From Mobula hypostoma (lineage: Eukaryota): a stretch of DNA of 64,000 nucleotides. The notes under the pieces are model-generated. The model did not search any database and was not told the origin of the DNA. It saw only the letters and a list, made by a program, of their open reading frames with translations. The stretch is taken from the NCBI RefSeq assembly GCF_963921235.1, contig NC_086097.1:116810001-116874000 (forward strand), read 5' to 3'. Both the position numbers and the translations under genes were made by a program. Numbering within the stretch: position 1 is the stretch's first letter; each line of letters starts with the position of its first letter. This document shows positions 11,379 to 24,119 of the stretch, one piece after another.

Positions 11379-13942
11379 TTGTTGTCTAGTCATTAAATCA
11401 AGACTGACTCTTCATGACCTCATGCACTCCTGCACCCAAGCCTTCTTATTGGGAGCTGCCTCTCTAAGATCCCCCAAGGTCAAATGCATTGTCTATCCAT
11501 CATCGTCTCTGCCGTCCTCTCCTTCTTTTACCTTCTGCTTTACCTAACATGAGAGTCTTCTCAAAGGAATCCTGTCTCCTCATGATGTGGCCAAAATATT
11601 TGAGCTTTTGTCTCATAACAAATCCTCCTAGTGAGCAGTCTGGCTGTATTTCTTCAAGTATTGACGTTGGATCTTCTTGCTGTCCAATGAACCCTTAACA
11701 CTTTCCTCCAGCATCCATGTTCACAGGCATCAATTCTTTTTTTTATTCAGCCTTACTAATAGTCCAGTTCTCACATCTGTACATCACAACTGGAAATACC
11801 ATAGACTTGACTATACGGATCTTTGTAGACAATGTTATGTCTCTGTTCTTCAGTATTTTATCTAAATTTGCCACTGCTGCCCTCTCTAGAAGTAAGTGCG
11901 GTTTAATTTTGTGGCTGCAGTTATCATCTATAGAAATCTTTGAACGGAGGAAGACAAAATCTATCACTGCTTCCACTTCCTTTCCATTTATTACCATGAG
12001 GTTAATAGGGCTGGTTGACATAATCTTGGTTTTCTTAATATTGAGCAACAAGCAGGCTTTTGCACTTTCTTCTTTCAATTTGAACAGAAGCTTCCTCAGA
12101 TCCTCCTCACTTTCAGCCATTAGTTCATCCCGCTCCCTCCGGATGAACCGGACCTGGTGGCATCGAGATTCATCGTCACCGAGGAGGACGTTAGAAGGGC
12201 CTTCCTGAAGATAAATCCAAGGAAGGCGACAGGCTCAGATGGCGTCCCAGGACAGGATCTCTGGGCCTGTGCAAACGAGCTAGCTGGAGTGTTTGCTGAC
12301 ATCTTCAACTGCTCCTTGCTTCAGTCTAAGATCCCCTCGTGTTTTATGAAAGCAACGATAATCCCAGTGCCAAAGAAGAGCAAGATGGCATGCCTGAATG
12401 ACTATCGACCTGTGGCTCTGACATCAGTTGCTATGAAGTGCTTCGAGAGATTGGTTATGGAACACATCAACCACAGCCTACCAGTCAACCACAACACTTT
12501 GCAATTCGCCTACCGGAGCAACAGGTCAACGGCAGATGTCATCTCTCTGGCCCTACATTCCTCCTTAGAACACCTGGAGAATAAAGAGGCATATGTAAGG
12601 CTCCTTTTCATTGACTACAGCTCTGCCTTTAATACCATCATTCCAAATAAACTGATTTCTAAGCTCCAGAACCTGGGCCTTAGCACTCAGATCTGCAGCT
12701 GGATCTTCAACTTCTTCACAGACAGGACCCAGGCTGTAAAAATAAGGGGACAAGCTCTCCTCTACAATCACTCTGAGCACCGGTGCCCCACAAGGCTGTG
12801 CACTCAGCCCCCTGCTGTACTCACTGTACACCCATGATTGTGTAGCCAAACTTCCATCGAACTCAATATATAAGTTTGCTGATGACACAACAATTGTAGG
12901 CCAAATCTCGGGTAATGATGAGTTTGAGTACAGAGAGGAAATTAAGAACCTGGTGGCATGGTGCAAAGACAATAACCTATCCCTCAACTTCAGCAAGACG
13001 AAGGAATTGGTTGTTGACTTCAGAAAGAGTAGCGGACCGCATGACCCCATCTACATCGGTGGTGCGCAGGTGGAACAGGTGAAAAGCTTTAAATTCCTCG
13101 GGGTCAATATCACAAATTACCTGACTTGGTCCAACCAAGCAGAATCCACTGTCAAGAAGGCCCACCAGCACCTTTACTTCCTGAGAAAACTAAAGAAATT
13201 TAGCCTGTCCCCTAAAACCCTCACTAATTTTTATAGATGCACTGTAGAAAACATTCTTCTAGGGTGCAGCACAACCTGCATGGAAGTTGTCCTGTCCAAG
13301 ACAGGATGAAGTTGCAGAAGATCGTGAACACAGCCCAGCACATCACACAAACTAATCTTCCATCCTTCGACTCACTTTACACCGCACGCTGTCGGAGTAG
13401 TGCTGCCAGGATAATCAAGGACACGACCCACCCAGCCAACACACTTTTCGTCCCTCTTCCCTCCGGGAGAAGGCTCAGGAGCTTGAAGACTCGTACGGCC
13501 AGATTTGGGAACAGCTTCTTTCCAACTGTGATAAGACTACCGAACGGATCCTGACCCAGATCTGGGCCGTACCCTCCAAATATCCAGACCTGCATCTCGT
13601 TTTTTTTTGCACTACCTTACTTTCCATTTTTCTATTTTATATTTATGATTAATCATTTAAATTTTTAATATTTACTATCAACTTGTACTCCAGGGAGTGG
13701 GAAGTACAGAATCAAATATCGCTATGATGATTGCACGTTCTAGTATCAATTGTTTGGCGACAATAAAGTATAAAGTAAAGTGAAGTAAAGTAGTATCATC
13801 TGCATATTTGAGGTTAATACTTCATCTGGCAATTTTGATTCCAACATTTGAGTCCTGTAGACCAGCATTCCTCATGATGTTTTCAACATAATGGGTAAAT
13901 AAGTAGGGTGACAGTATGCAGTCTTGTTCTACTCTTTTCCCA
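11379..13942 (-). mobile_element. BovB-like RTE LINE (RT C-terminal half + 3' end), segments 13790-13942 and 11379-12124
   Basis: Joined translation ...CILSPYLF...IMRNAGL...NLKYADDTTLMAESEEDLRKLL...NIKKTKIM...MVFPVVMY; CAA-type tail at 11379. Confidence 0.88.
12125..13789 (+). mobile_element. Rex1/Babar LINE, 5'-truncated RT region with frameshifts
   Basis: NDYRPVALTS..MKCFERLV, QFAYR.NRST, LLFIDYSSAFNTI, KFADD (about 12872), LPSGRR; AATAAA + (AAAGT)-like tail 13762-13789. Confidence 0.95.
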
Positions 13943-14124
13943 TCAGGCTCCTGAACCAATATGGATAACTTAATTCACTTCAACTCTTAACTGTTTCCAC
14001 AACCTACAGGCTCACTTTCAAGGCCTCTACAACTGATGTACTCAATATTAATCAATGAATGAATTAAGTTTTTTACGCAGAGAGCGCTGAGTGCATGGAG
14101 TGGGCTGCCGGCGGCGGTGGTGGT

Positions 14125-14395
14125 GCAGATTTGAAAAGTGGTGGGAGGGGAGAGAGAACCACCAGGTGATAGGTGAAACTTGGAGGGGGAGGGATGAAGT
14201 AAAGAGCTGGGAAGTTGATTGTTGAAAGAGACAGAAGGCCATGGAAGAATGAAGAAGGTGGGGGGGGGGGAGCAGCACCAGAGGGAGGCGATGGGCAGAC
14301 AAGGAGATACCATGTGAGAGGGACAAGGGGATGGGAAGTGGTGAAGGGCAGTGGTGTGGAGGCATTTCTGGAAGTTTAAGAAATCAACGTTCAAA
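14125..14395 (-). mobile_element. Penelope-like 3' UTR fragment
   Basis: Purine-rich block homologous to 2990-3270, ending at GAAATCAACGTTCA. Confidence 0.7.
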
Positions 14396-14399
14396 TATG

Positions 14400-14840
14400 A
14401 ACATATGAGGAACATTTGTTGGCTCTGGGCCTGTTCTCACTGGAGTTCAAAAGGATGACAGGCAGTCTTATTGAAACCTATTGAAAAACCTAGATAGAAT
14501 GGACGTGGAGAGGATGTCCACTATAGTGAACCACAGGAACGCAGGCCACAAACTCAGAATAGAAGAATGTCCCTTTAGAACATAGATAAGGAGGAATTTC
14601 TTTCATCAGAGGGAGGTGAATATGTGAATTCAATGACACAGGCGGCTGTGGAGGTCACGTCATTGGGTATATGTAAAGCAAAGGTTGACACTTCCTTGAG
14701 TAGTCAGGGCATCAAAGGTTATGGGGAGAAGGCAGGAGAATGGGACTGAGAGGGACAATAAATCAACCATGATGGAATGGTGGAGCAGACTTGTGGGGGA
14801 ACGACTGTCCTAATTCTGCTCCTATAGCATATAGTCTGAA
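14400..14840 (+). mobile_element. CR1 LINE 3' end
   Basis: Homologous to 25990-26430. Confidence 0.85.
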
Positions 14841-15279
14841 GGGAATCAGTGTGCACTTTTGATCTGACGTCACTGGTGCTATTTTAATGCATCAGCTAAT
14901 TCTTTCCTTTCAAAATATGTGGCCAGTACAGGGATCAGCATTGTCTGCCTCAAACTAGCAGCGTTTAAAAGCATCACCTATTATTTGCCGATTAATCAAC
15001 AAGTAACTTACTCCTATTCCTTCAGTATTTTTGCAAGCATGTGGTGCTTTCTAGAGATGTTTCAGGTGACAGGAGTTGTCAGAAAGTGATATGGGAAATG
15101 CTGATGGAGTCTTCCGTTCAGATAAGTTGCTCTGGAATATGGAACACTCCTCTTCCAAATGGCAAACATTAAGTAGGAGAAGCTAAGCTCTAAGAAGGAG
15201 GAGGCAGAGAAGAATGTACGAGAGGTTGAGTGAGTCAGCTTTCCGGTGGGAAATCTGAGGAAGTATGGACTCCATAATA

Positions 15280-15640
15280 AGACCATAAGACAAAGCAGCA
15301 GAAATTGGCTATTTGGCCCTTCGAGTCTGCTCCGCCATTTTATCATGAGCTGATCCATTCTCCCATTTAGTCCCACTCCCCCACCTTTTCAGCATAACCT
15401 TTGATGCCCTGGCTACTCGGATACCTATCAATCTCTGCCTTAAAAACACCCAATGACTTTGCCTCCACTGCCGCCCGTGGCAACAAATTCCATAGATTCA
15501 CCACCCTCTGGCTAAAAAAATTTCTTTGCAACTCTGTTCTGAATGGGCGCCCTTCAATCCTTAAGTCATGCCCTCTCGTACTAGACTCCCCCGTCATGGG
15601 AAACAACTTTGCCACATCCACTCTGTCCACGCCTTTCAAC
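15280..15640 (-). mobile_element. CR1 LINE 3' end
   Basis: ORF 15367-15642 (TRGHDLRI.G.PFRTE..RNFFSQRVVNLWN.LP); short tandem tail at about 15283. Confidence 0.92.
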
Positions 15641-16627
15641 ATAATGAAGGAAAAGATGCTATCGTAGAGTTAGCAATCAGCTGACCAGAACTTCAGAGCA
15701 TCCACTTTGTTCAAGAATCCTGAACTTCTGATCGGTGAGGCGGGTGAAAGCTGGAGTCCAAGGCGAATGGCAGGCTCATGACTGTTCGACCCAGTCCCAT
15801 GCATGAGCAGTCTCCTCTCAGTCTTTGGATATCTGCTCACTCCTCCACTGTGGAATGCTATACTGTTTCCTGAGTCTGGTTCACATATAGAACCTCAGGT
15901 CTTTCTCTTTTAGACTTGAAATTGTCTAACTGATGCTGACTAATCACATTATTGGTCCTGTACTGAAGTGACCAGCCAGTAAACGCTTTGGTTAGCAATC
16001 AGTTGGATAATGCAGTTGTTATAAATCATTCGGTTGGCAGTTCAATGAAACACTGAAATGTCTGAGCCTACTGGACTAATCCCCGCCCTGTGCTTTTCAC
16101 TGACTGGTTTCTCACAGGGAAAAGAGGCTCACTAATGCACCCTTTCAATTTAGCTAAGCCTTTGCATTGCTGAACCTTACCAGATTGTCCAAAAAACTTA
16201 TTAGTCATGTTCTTTTAAACAGATGATAAGATTCAGTTATTGATACAGAATGATTCACAAATCTAGTTCTTTACAGCCGCTAAAAGGTTTGGCATGGATG
16301 AGAAGTTTTGTGTCACATTTAAATGGCAGCCATCAGCTTGACACCAGGGTATCAAATCTATTTGTAGTAAGTGGTATCAAATCCATCCAGGCAGCACTCC
16401 AATATCTCGCATGGCTTCCACTGCAATTGAGTACTGAGCTCTGCACACACACAAAGCTTGCCTCTCAGTAATTTCAACTTTTAGAAGGGAATTAATATTC
16501 TTCTGTACATTGAAATCAATTTCAGGTCAGATTAGAATGGAGAATAGGAGGAATTTTTTCAGCCTGAGAGTGGTGAATCTGTGGAACTCGTTGCCACAAG
16601 TGGCTATGGAGGCCAAATTATTGGGTA

Positions 16628-18244
16628 GAGTGCCGATATAAAGCATTCACGCTCCCCCCCCCCAGAAGTTTTCGAATTGTATTGTTTTACAACATTGAAT
16701 CACAGTGAATTTAATTTGGCTTTTTTTTTGACACTGATCAATAGAAAAAAGACTCTTTAGTGTCAAAGTGAAAACAGATCCCCACAAAGTGATCTAAATT
16801 AATTATAAATTTAAAATACAAAATAATTGATTGCACAAATATTCACCCCCTTTTATATGAAACATTAAATTACCACCGGGGCAGCCAATTGGTTTTTGAA
16901 GTCACATAATTAGTTAACCGGAGATCACTGTGTGCAGTCAAGGTGTTTCAATTGATTGTGGTAAAAATACACTTGTATCTGAAGGTCCAACTGCTGGTGA
17001 GTCAGTATCCTGGCAAAAACCACACCATGAAGACAAAAGAACACTCCAAGCAACTCCACAAAAAGGCGACTGAAATGCATGTCAGGATATGGATACAAGA
17101 AAATTTCCAAGTTACAGTTGGAGTAGTTAAGTCAATCATCAAGAAACGGAAAAGAATATAGCACAGCTGTAAATATGTCTCGAGCAGGCAGTCCTCAAAA
17201 ACAGAGTGACCGTGCAAGAAAGGGTCTAGTGAGGGAGGCTACCAAGAGAGCTATGACAACTCTGGTGGAGTTACAAGCTTCAGTGGCTGAGATGGAAGCA
17301 AATAAGTATATAACAACTGTTCCCTTAGTGCTTCATCAATGGCAGCTGTATGGGAGACTGGCAAAGAGAAAGTCACTGTTGGGGAAGAAAAACTCACGTG
17401 GAATCTCAACTTGAGTATGACGGAAGGTATGTCAGAGACTCTGAAGTCAGCTGGAATGAAGGTTCTATGGTCTGATGAAATTGAACTTTTTGGCTTCAGA
17501 CTACATGCTATATTTGGCATAAGTACAACATCAAAAATGCACCACTCCTACTGTGAAACTTGGTGGTGGTCTCATCATGTTGTGGGGAGGCTTCACTGTT
17601 GCAGGCCCTGGAAGGCTTGTGAAGGTAGAGGGTAAAATGAATGCAGCAAAATACAGGGGAATCCTGGAGGAAAACCTGATGCAGTCTGCAAGAAAACTGC
17701 GCCTTGGGAGAAGATTTGTTTTCCAGCAAAACAATGACCCCAAGCATAAAGCCAAAGCTACAAAGGAATGGTTTATAAACAACAAGGTTAATGTCCTGGA
17801 GTGGCCAAGTCAGAGTCTAAACCTCAATCCAACTGAGAATTCATGGTTGGACTTGGAAAGGGCTGTTTACTTATGATCCCCATGAAATCTGACAGAGCTT
17901 GAGCAGTCTGGTAAAGAAGAATGGGGAAAAATTGCAGTGTCCTGATGTGCAAAGATGATAGAGACCAATCCACACAGACTCAAGGCTGTAATTGCTGCCA
18001 AAGGTGCCTCTACTAAATACTGACTTGAAGGGGGTAATTACTTATGCAATCAATCATTTTGTGTTGTATATTTGCAATTAATTTAGAGATACTTTGTAGA
18101 GATCTGTTTTCACTTTGACATGAAAGAGTCTTTTTCTGTTGACTAGTGTCACAAAAGCCAAATTAAGTCCACTGTGATTCAATGTTGCAAAACAATAAAA
18201 CATGAAAATTTCATGGGGGGGGGTGATACTTTTTATAGACACTA
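16628..18244 (+). mobile_element. Tc1-family DNA transposon (IR/DR type), inactive, inserted in a CR1 remnant
   Basis: About 215-bp inverted terminal repeats (16628-16851, 18029-18244); TA duplication at 16626-27 and 18245-46; flanks rejoin as CR1 TTGGGTA|TATTTAAGGCAGAG. Confidence 0.95.
17027..18023 (+). pseudogene. Tc1 DD34E transposase pseudogene
   Basis: MKTKEHSKQL..., KVLWSDE, GGG.IMLWG.F, FQQNNDPKH (second catalytic D reads N), WPSQSLNLNPTE, ...STKY*; several frameshifts. Confidence 0.93.
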
Positions 18245-19069
18245 TATATTTAAGGCAGAGTTTGATCATTAGTCAGGACATGGAGGGATACGGGGAGAAT
18301 GTAGGAGATTGGGGCTGAGAGGGAAAATAAATCAGCTATGATGAAGTGGTGTAGCAGACTCATTGTGTCTTATGGTCTTACAGGATGCTGGGAATGCAAA
18401 AGGAACATTTTCTTCAGCAGTTACCAACATATGTTTTTACTTAGTGACAGACTTGAGCTAAGATGGACCACCTGTAGGGTGATGGTTTTTAGTTTCCATT
18501 GCAGGAAGTATTTTCTCTTGTAAAGAGACTGTATTGGTAAAAAAAAACAAGCAAACCGTATTTCTCAAAGATTCAAATTATATTTATTATCAAAGTATAT
18601 CTGCAGAATATCAGACCTATATGTAGTAAGTGGTAGCAATTCCATCCAGGTAGCACTCCAATATCCTGCACGGTTTCCACCGCAGCTGAGGACTGAAGAA
18701 GTGAAAGAAGTAGATTTGTGAACTGTCTGAAGGATGTCACCCATGGTCATGTTGTTCGCTGGCACCATCTTCTTCTGGAACTTCTCCTTTTCAAAATGAA
18801 GTAGTAAAGAGCCTTGCTTAGAACTTACTAAAGTAGGAATTTGTGTTAGCATGCGGTATATTCCATCTTGGAAAGCTATGAGATGGAACCCAGCACGAAA
18901 GATGAGGCTTGATGTGCTGTGTGCTATATTAAGGTCTGCTTATCTTAAATGGTTTTAAGGTTTGCATTGCACACAGTGTGTGTTATTTCACCTCGAGTGG
19001 ACTCCATAATGTTTGTTCGTAATCTTCTAATATTGACCATGTCACTGCTGATCAGAACAAAGTTGATAA

Positions 19070-19530
19070 ATGTCTATACTATATTAGGACACAATCTTGT
19101 CCAAGCTTGGTAACTATCCATATTATATTATGAAACGATCTTGACCAAGCTCGGTAACTCTCTATATTATATTACAACCTGATCTTGTCCAAGCTTGGTA
19201 ACTGTCTATATTATATTACAACATGATCTTGTCCAATTTGGTAACTGTCTATATTATATTACAACATGATTTTGTCCAAACTTGGTAACTGTCTATATTA
19301 TATTACAACATGATCTTGTCCAAACTTGGTAACTGTCTATATTATATTACAACATGATCTTGTCCAAGCTTGGTAACTGTCTGTATTATATTACAACATG
19401 ATCTTGTCCAAGCTTGGTAACTGTTTATATTTTATTAAGACATGATCTTGTCCAAGCTTGGTAGCTGTCTATGCTATATTACGACACGATTTTGTCCAAG
19501 ATTGGTAACTGTCTATATTATATTATGACA
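19070..19530. repeat. 44-bp AT-rich minisatellite, about 10 units
   Basis: Unit ACATGATCTTGTCCAAGCTTGGTAACTGTCTATATTATATTACA (e.g. 19264 and 19308). Confidence 0.95.
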
Positions 19531-19719
19531 TTGAAAGCTCCTCGTTGCTTGGAGTTTTGGCATTTTATCTCTTTAGCTACATCCACAGGTTATGGACTAT
19601 GTTGTGGTGATCTTATTGAAGAACAAATTCAAATATGTATTTTAGACCACTTGGGGGAAAAATACAGTAGATCTGAGCAATAATTTAGAATATTAATTTT
19701 ATTTGCCATGTACAATCAA

Positions 19720-20405
19720 CAGAAACAAAAAATGGTAAAACAAAGGAGAGTTGACTAGATAGAAATGTGAAAGATAATGAGAGCCATAGATCAAGTTGAT
19801 TAGCTTGAAACTATTTCCCAGGGCAGAAATGGCCAATACGAGGGGCATAATTTTTAGGTGATTGGAGGAAAGTATAAGGGGTAAGATTTTTACATGGAGA
19901 ATGGTGGTTGCATGGAATGCTCTGCTTGGGAAAGTGGTAGAGGCAGATACATTGGGGGGGGGGGACATTTAAGAAACTCTTAGATAGGCACAAGGATAAT
20001 AGAAAAATAGAAGGTTATGCAGGAGGGAAGGATCAGATTAACTATAGAATAGGTTGGCATAACATTGTTTGCCAAAGGGCCTGTCCTGTACTGTAACGTG
20101 TTATGTTTTGTAACTTCAAAATATTAACCTAATTCAAAGGAAAGCATGAGAGTCCAAGAATGCAGGTCAGACACTGAGCTTACTTGAAGGGAAGAGCGCA
20201 TGTATCACATGGTAGCGTGGAGACGTATGCAATTAATGTATTTTTAATATAACCTGTAACTAATTATTTAAACAAAGAATACTTTATCAAACTATATATG
20301 TTTGTGTGTGTGTCTATATATATATATATGTACATACGAACAAGATTACTCTAATATAACTTAAATATTAAATGCACAACATAATGTTGTATGTTTTGTG
20401 CTCTA
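19720..20405 (+). mobile_element. CR1 LINE 3' end with tail interrupted by a solo LTR
   Basis: Homologous to 54120-54480; the tail resumes at 20382. Confidence 0.8.
20099..20381. mobile_element. Short solo LTR (283 bp)
   Basis: TGTT...AACA termini; 5-bp TSD TAACG (20094-98) / TAATG (20382-86), differing by one CpG transition. Confidence 0.75.
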
Positions 20406-20984
20406 AGTGTTGTGGTCAGTGTGTCTGGATTAGTTAACTTTAAAACCATTGCTTTCTTGATTTCAGTATCATCTGTCACTCCAGTCTCATGACACTGCAG
20501 CACCTGTGACCTGGAATTCTCCTCTGCTGACCAGTAATTACCCATCATCCAATACTCCTAAAGCAGATTGTCCAATCATCACTTCATTTCTGTTTCTGGG
20601 AAAGTTGCTGCTCGCACTTCATATTCTGTATCAGTGATTAAACTTCATAATTACTTCATCTGTTTTACTTTGCTTGAGGACATTTGTAGGTCATGCAACA
20701 TTTCCGTAAAAATATACAGTTCTACATATAACCATCCAGTATGTTTTAGTAATTAGCTGGGAAATATGACAGTAGAACCCTTGTTAGATATATTCAGGAA
20801 ATATGATTTTACATCTCCAACTATGTACATTTTTCTTTATAAAAATGAGAAAGTCTGCAAGAGTGCCCAAAAGAATGAAAAACAGTTAACTGTTAGAACC
20901 CCAAAGCCCCCCCTCCGCAGATCTCCCCTCCCATGCATGAGCAGCAGTGAGGCAATGACTGCTCGTTCATCCGGTAATTCGACA

Positions 20985-21526
20985 TACCACAGGCTCTGTT
21001 TTGCTGCCGCTGCTACTGTGTGATCCAGAATCTCAGGAGGGGAAGACCCTGAGTCCTCGGCTTTGCTTGTTACTTGGCAGCCAGGGTGGGGTCGAAGCGC
21101 TCGGCAGAGGATAGTGCTCGGTGTCGGAGGGCTAGTTGGAGGCTCGAAGTTTTCGGACGGACTCAGAGTCGGCTGTGGTTGGGTGCTTCCAGGGTGCTGC
21201 ATCGGCAAGTTTGCGGTACTGGAGGTTCATGGCAGGGAGAGTTTCTCCCTTCTACCGTCTGCGTGAGATGATGGGGCTATCGGGACTTTGAGACTTTCTT
21301 TTACCGTGCCCATGGCCTGCTCTTTATCAAATTACGGTATTGCTTTGCACTGTTGTAACTATATGTTATAATTATGTGGGTTTTGTCAGTTTTAGTCTTG
21401 GTCTGTCTTATGTTTCTGTGATATCATACTGGAGGAACATTATATCATTTCTTAATGCATGCATTTCTAAATGACAATAAACGAGGACTGAGTGTCCTTA
21501 TAATCTAAAAATCTAAAAATCTAAAA
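20985..21526 (+). mobile_element. Unclassified non-coding retroposon 3' part
   Basis: CpG-rich body then T-rich UTR, AATAAA at about 21476 and a tandem (AAAATCTA)-type tail; no coding homology recognised. Confidence 0.5.
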
Positions 21527-21989
21527 TCTCTCTCTCCCTAATAAGGGAACCATTTGATTTGCACAATAAAGGATGTCTAGATTTTCTACCCATAGATTGC
21601 CGGACAAATGCATTTCTTTTGTTTTTAGCTTGCCACACTGAAAAAATGTACATATTTTTTGAATACATCAAAAAGAGATCAACCCTGAGCTTACCCAGGA
21701 AAATTCACCCATGATTTCTTAGACCATAAGACATTCTTCTTGCTGAATCCTTCATCTTCCTCTTGGCAAAATGAGCAACTCATTAAGAAGTCTTCAAGCA
21801 TAACAGTAAAAGAGAATGAGGCAATGAAAATTAGAAGCAAATTAGGAAGGTAGAAAAAGAAGAATTACAGGGGGATGCTGATACCTCAGTCAGGAATGGA
21901 AGAGGGGGATAACTAAATGGTTCCTACAATATGTGCAATGTTTTCTTCCAGCTCAGACAGCAAGAATCTCTACAGGGCAGGACAGAGGT

Positions 21990-22150
21990 GCATGACCAAG
22001 GTCTGATCCTGACTGAGGTGCTGGTTGTATGGAACTTGCATGATTTCCCTGTGAAGGCACATGTTTCCCCAATGCACACCAGTTTTTCTCCTCCCACAAC
22101 CCAAAGGCAAGCTGTTTGATAGGTTGACTGGCTGTTGCAAATGGAAGTGG
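21990..22150 (+). mobile_element. Decayed V-domain SINE
   Basis: Resembles the V-SINE core at 30240-30340. Confidence 0.55.
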
Positions 22151-22249
22151 GTGCTCAGAGAATCAGGAACAGAGGTGAAGGTGGGGGAATAAGTTGGTAA
22201 GTACATTGGAGAGAGTATGCTACAGGATAATAAGTGAGGGGAGTTTACA

Positions 22250-22550
22250 ACCAGAGGGGCACAGCCTCAGAACAAGTATGTCCTTTAGAACAGAGAAAAG
22301 GAGGAGTTTTTTTTTTGCCAGAGGGTGGTGCATCTGTGGAATTCATTGCCACAGATGACTATGGAGGCCAAGTCATTGGATATATTTAGAGCAGAGGTTG
22401 ATAGGTTCTGGATTAGTAAAGGTGTCAAAGTTTACAGGGAGAAGGCTGGAAAATGTGGTCGAGGGGGATAATAAATCAGCTATGATAGAATGGCAGAGAA
22501 GACTCAATGGGCTGAATGGCCTGATTCTGCTCGTATGTCTTATGGTCTAA
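22250..22550 (+). mobile_element. CR1 LINE 3' end
   Basis: Homologous to 26130-26430. Confidence 0.88.
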
Positions 22551-24119
22551 ATAAGGGATAAAATTGACAGTATTCTACTGTGAGTTTATGTAGACTCAGA
22601 AAGCTAAATGCCCTTTTATATCTAATAAATAAAAAATATGAATATTTTCCAATGGATCTTGTATCAGGAAAAAAACTAAAGTGAATGAAAATTGTACAAG
22701 CTGAAGCAGCATTTAGATTGGAATCACCATGATAAAAATAAAGAGGCCATAACCTTGACTAAAAAATCAGAAAACAGCCACAATATTATAGCAGTTAGAC
22801 TGAAACTTGAGATGTTAAATGATGAATAATTGTTGCCAAATATTGATGTAGATAGATTAGCAGTGGGACATACTTAAAACTGTGCTTACCAAGTCCGGAA
22901 GAAATAATCTTTTAATAACCGTGAAGAGACTAAACACTCAAGAATACGTGTATAAGTGTAAAGATATACTTATGAAGAGGTCTACTTTATACTTACAGGA
23001 AGTCCACAAGCAGGAAGAATACCAGAAGATTAGGAACAAAGTTAAAAAATAAAAGTCAAAAGAGCAAATCAGATTATGCTAGGAATTTATACAGGCCATC
23101 AAGACAATTATGTCTTGTGACCAATAATGGAGCTAATTAGGTTCTGGCTTAACAAGAGCTCATTCCATCACTTTCTAAGAGTCACACACAAAATGCTGTA
23201 GGATCTCAGCAGGTCAGGCAGCATCCATGGAAATGAATAAAGTGTGTGCTGTGCTTCTGGTCCCCCTAGAGTGTTTGAGATTTGGTGAACAAAAAACTTT
23301 TTCTCAGCTCCACTCTAATACCTTTTATCATTTGGAGCCCTCCTCCCCACTATTATTATCCTTTCTATTGCAAAAGGGGCCTTCTTAATCATACTGTCTC
23401 AGCTGAAAAGTTCAGATCAACATTCTCTCAATTTTATTTGCTCCAGAGATATCAACCCAAGCCTTTCATCATAGCCACCGTGTTCTATCTCTTACAACGT
23501 ACTGACAAATGTCCTTTTCATTATCTCTGGTTCTATCAATGCAAAATCAAAGCATATAAAGTAAAGCAATGAAATATTCTGCCATAAACAATTTAGTCTG
23601 GAATGGTTCACTAAGAGATAGGACAGAAGAACTGGCAATCTCAATGAAACAGGTGCAATTTGGAATAATATTGATGCTTCATTATCTGTCATTGTGACAG
23701 GCGAACGTGACCTGGAAAAGGCACAGTTACAAGTGATTTAATAGTAATTAAATTAAAAAGAGCAGAAATATTAAATAAACTAAAATTCAGATACATGTAC
23801 ATGTTTTAATTAGAAGTCATAGAACTAAGAGAGGTATTCTAAAATATATCTAATCCTCTGAACTTCCATTATTTATGACAGTGCCAGTAGTGTTATACTG
23901 CTGCCTATTTAACTGTATGATGTATATGCTCTTTATGTCAATTTATACATTTATAGAATTATTTTTATATTATTACTTATTAAAATTTGGGTTAAGAATT
24001 TATGTGCTGCATGAGATATATGTACTGTTTAGCACCTTGGCCCCAGAGGAACAATGTTTCATTTAGCTGTATACATGGGTACGGCTGAATGGCAATAAAC
24101 TTGAACTTGAACTAATAAT

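Larger units (their letters stand above)
11145..14050 (+). mobile_element. Rex1/Babar 3' fragment split into 11145-11378 and 13941-14050
   Basis: The two halves join to match the uninterrupted copy at 9420-9590. Confidence 0.75.

Noticed and set aside
21952..21987. 36-nt exon-like segment after TTTTCTTCCAG
   Set aside because: Weak donor, and it runs into the head of a decayed SINE.
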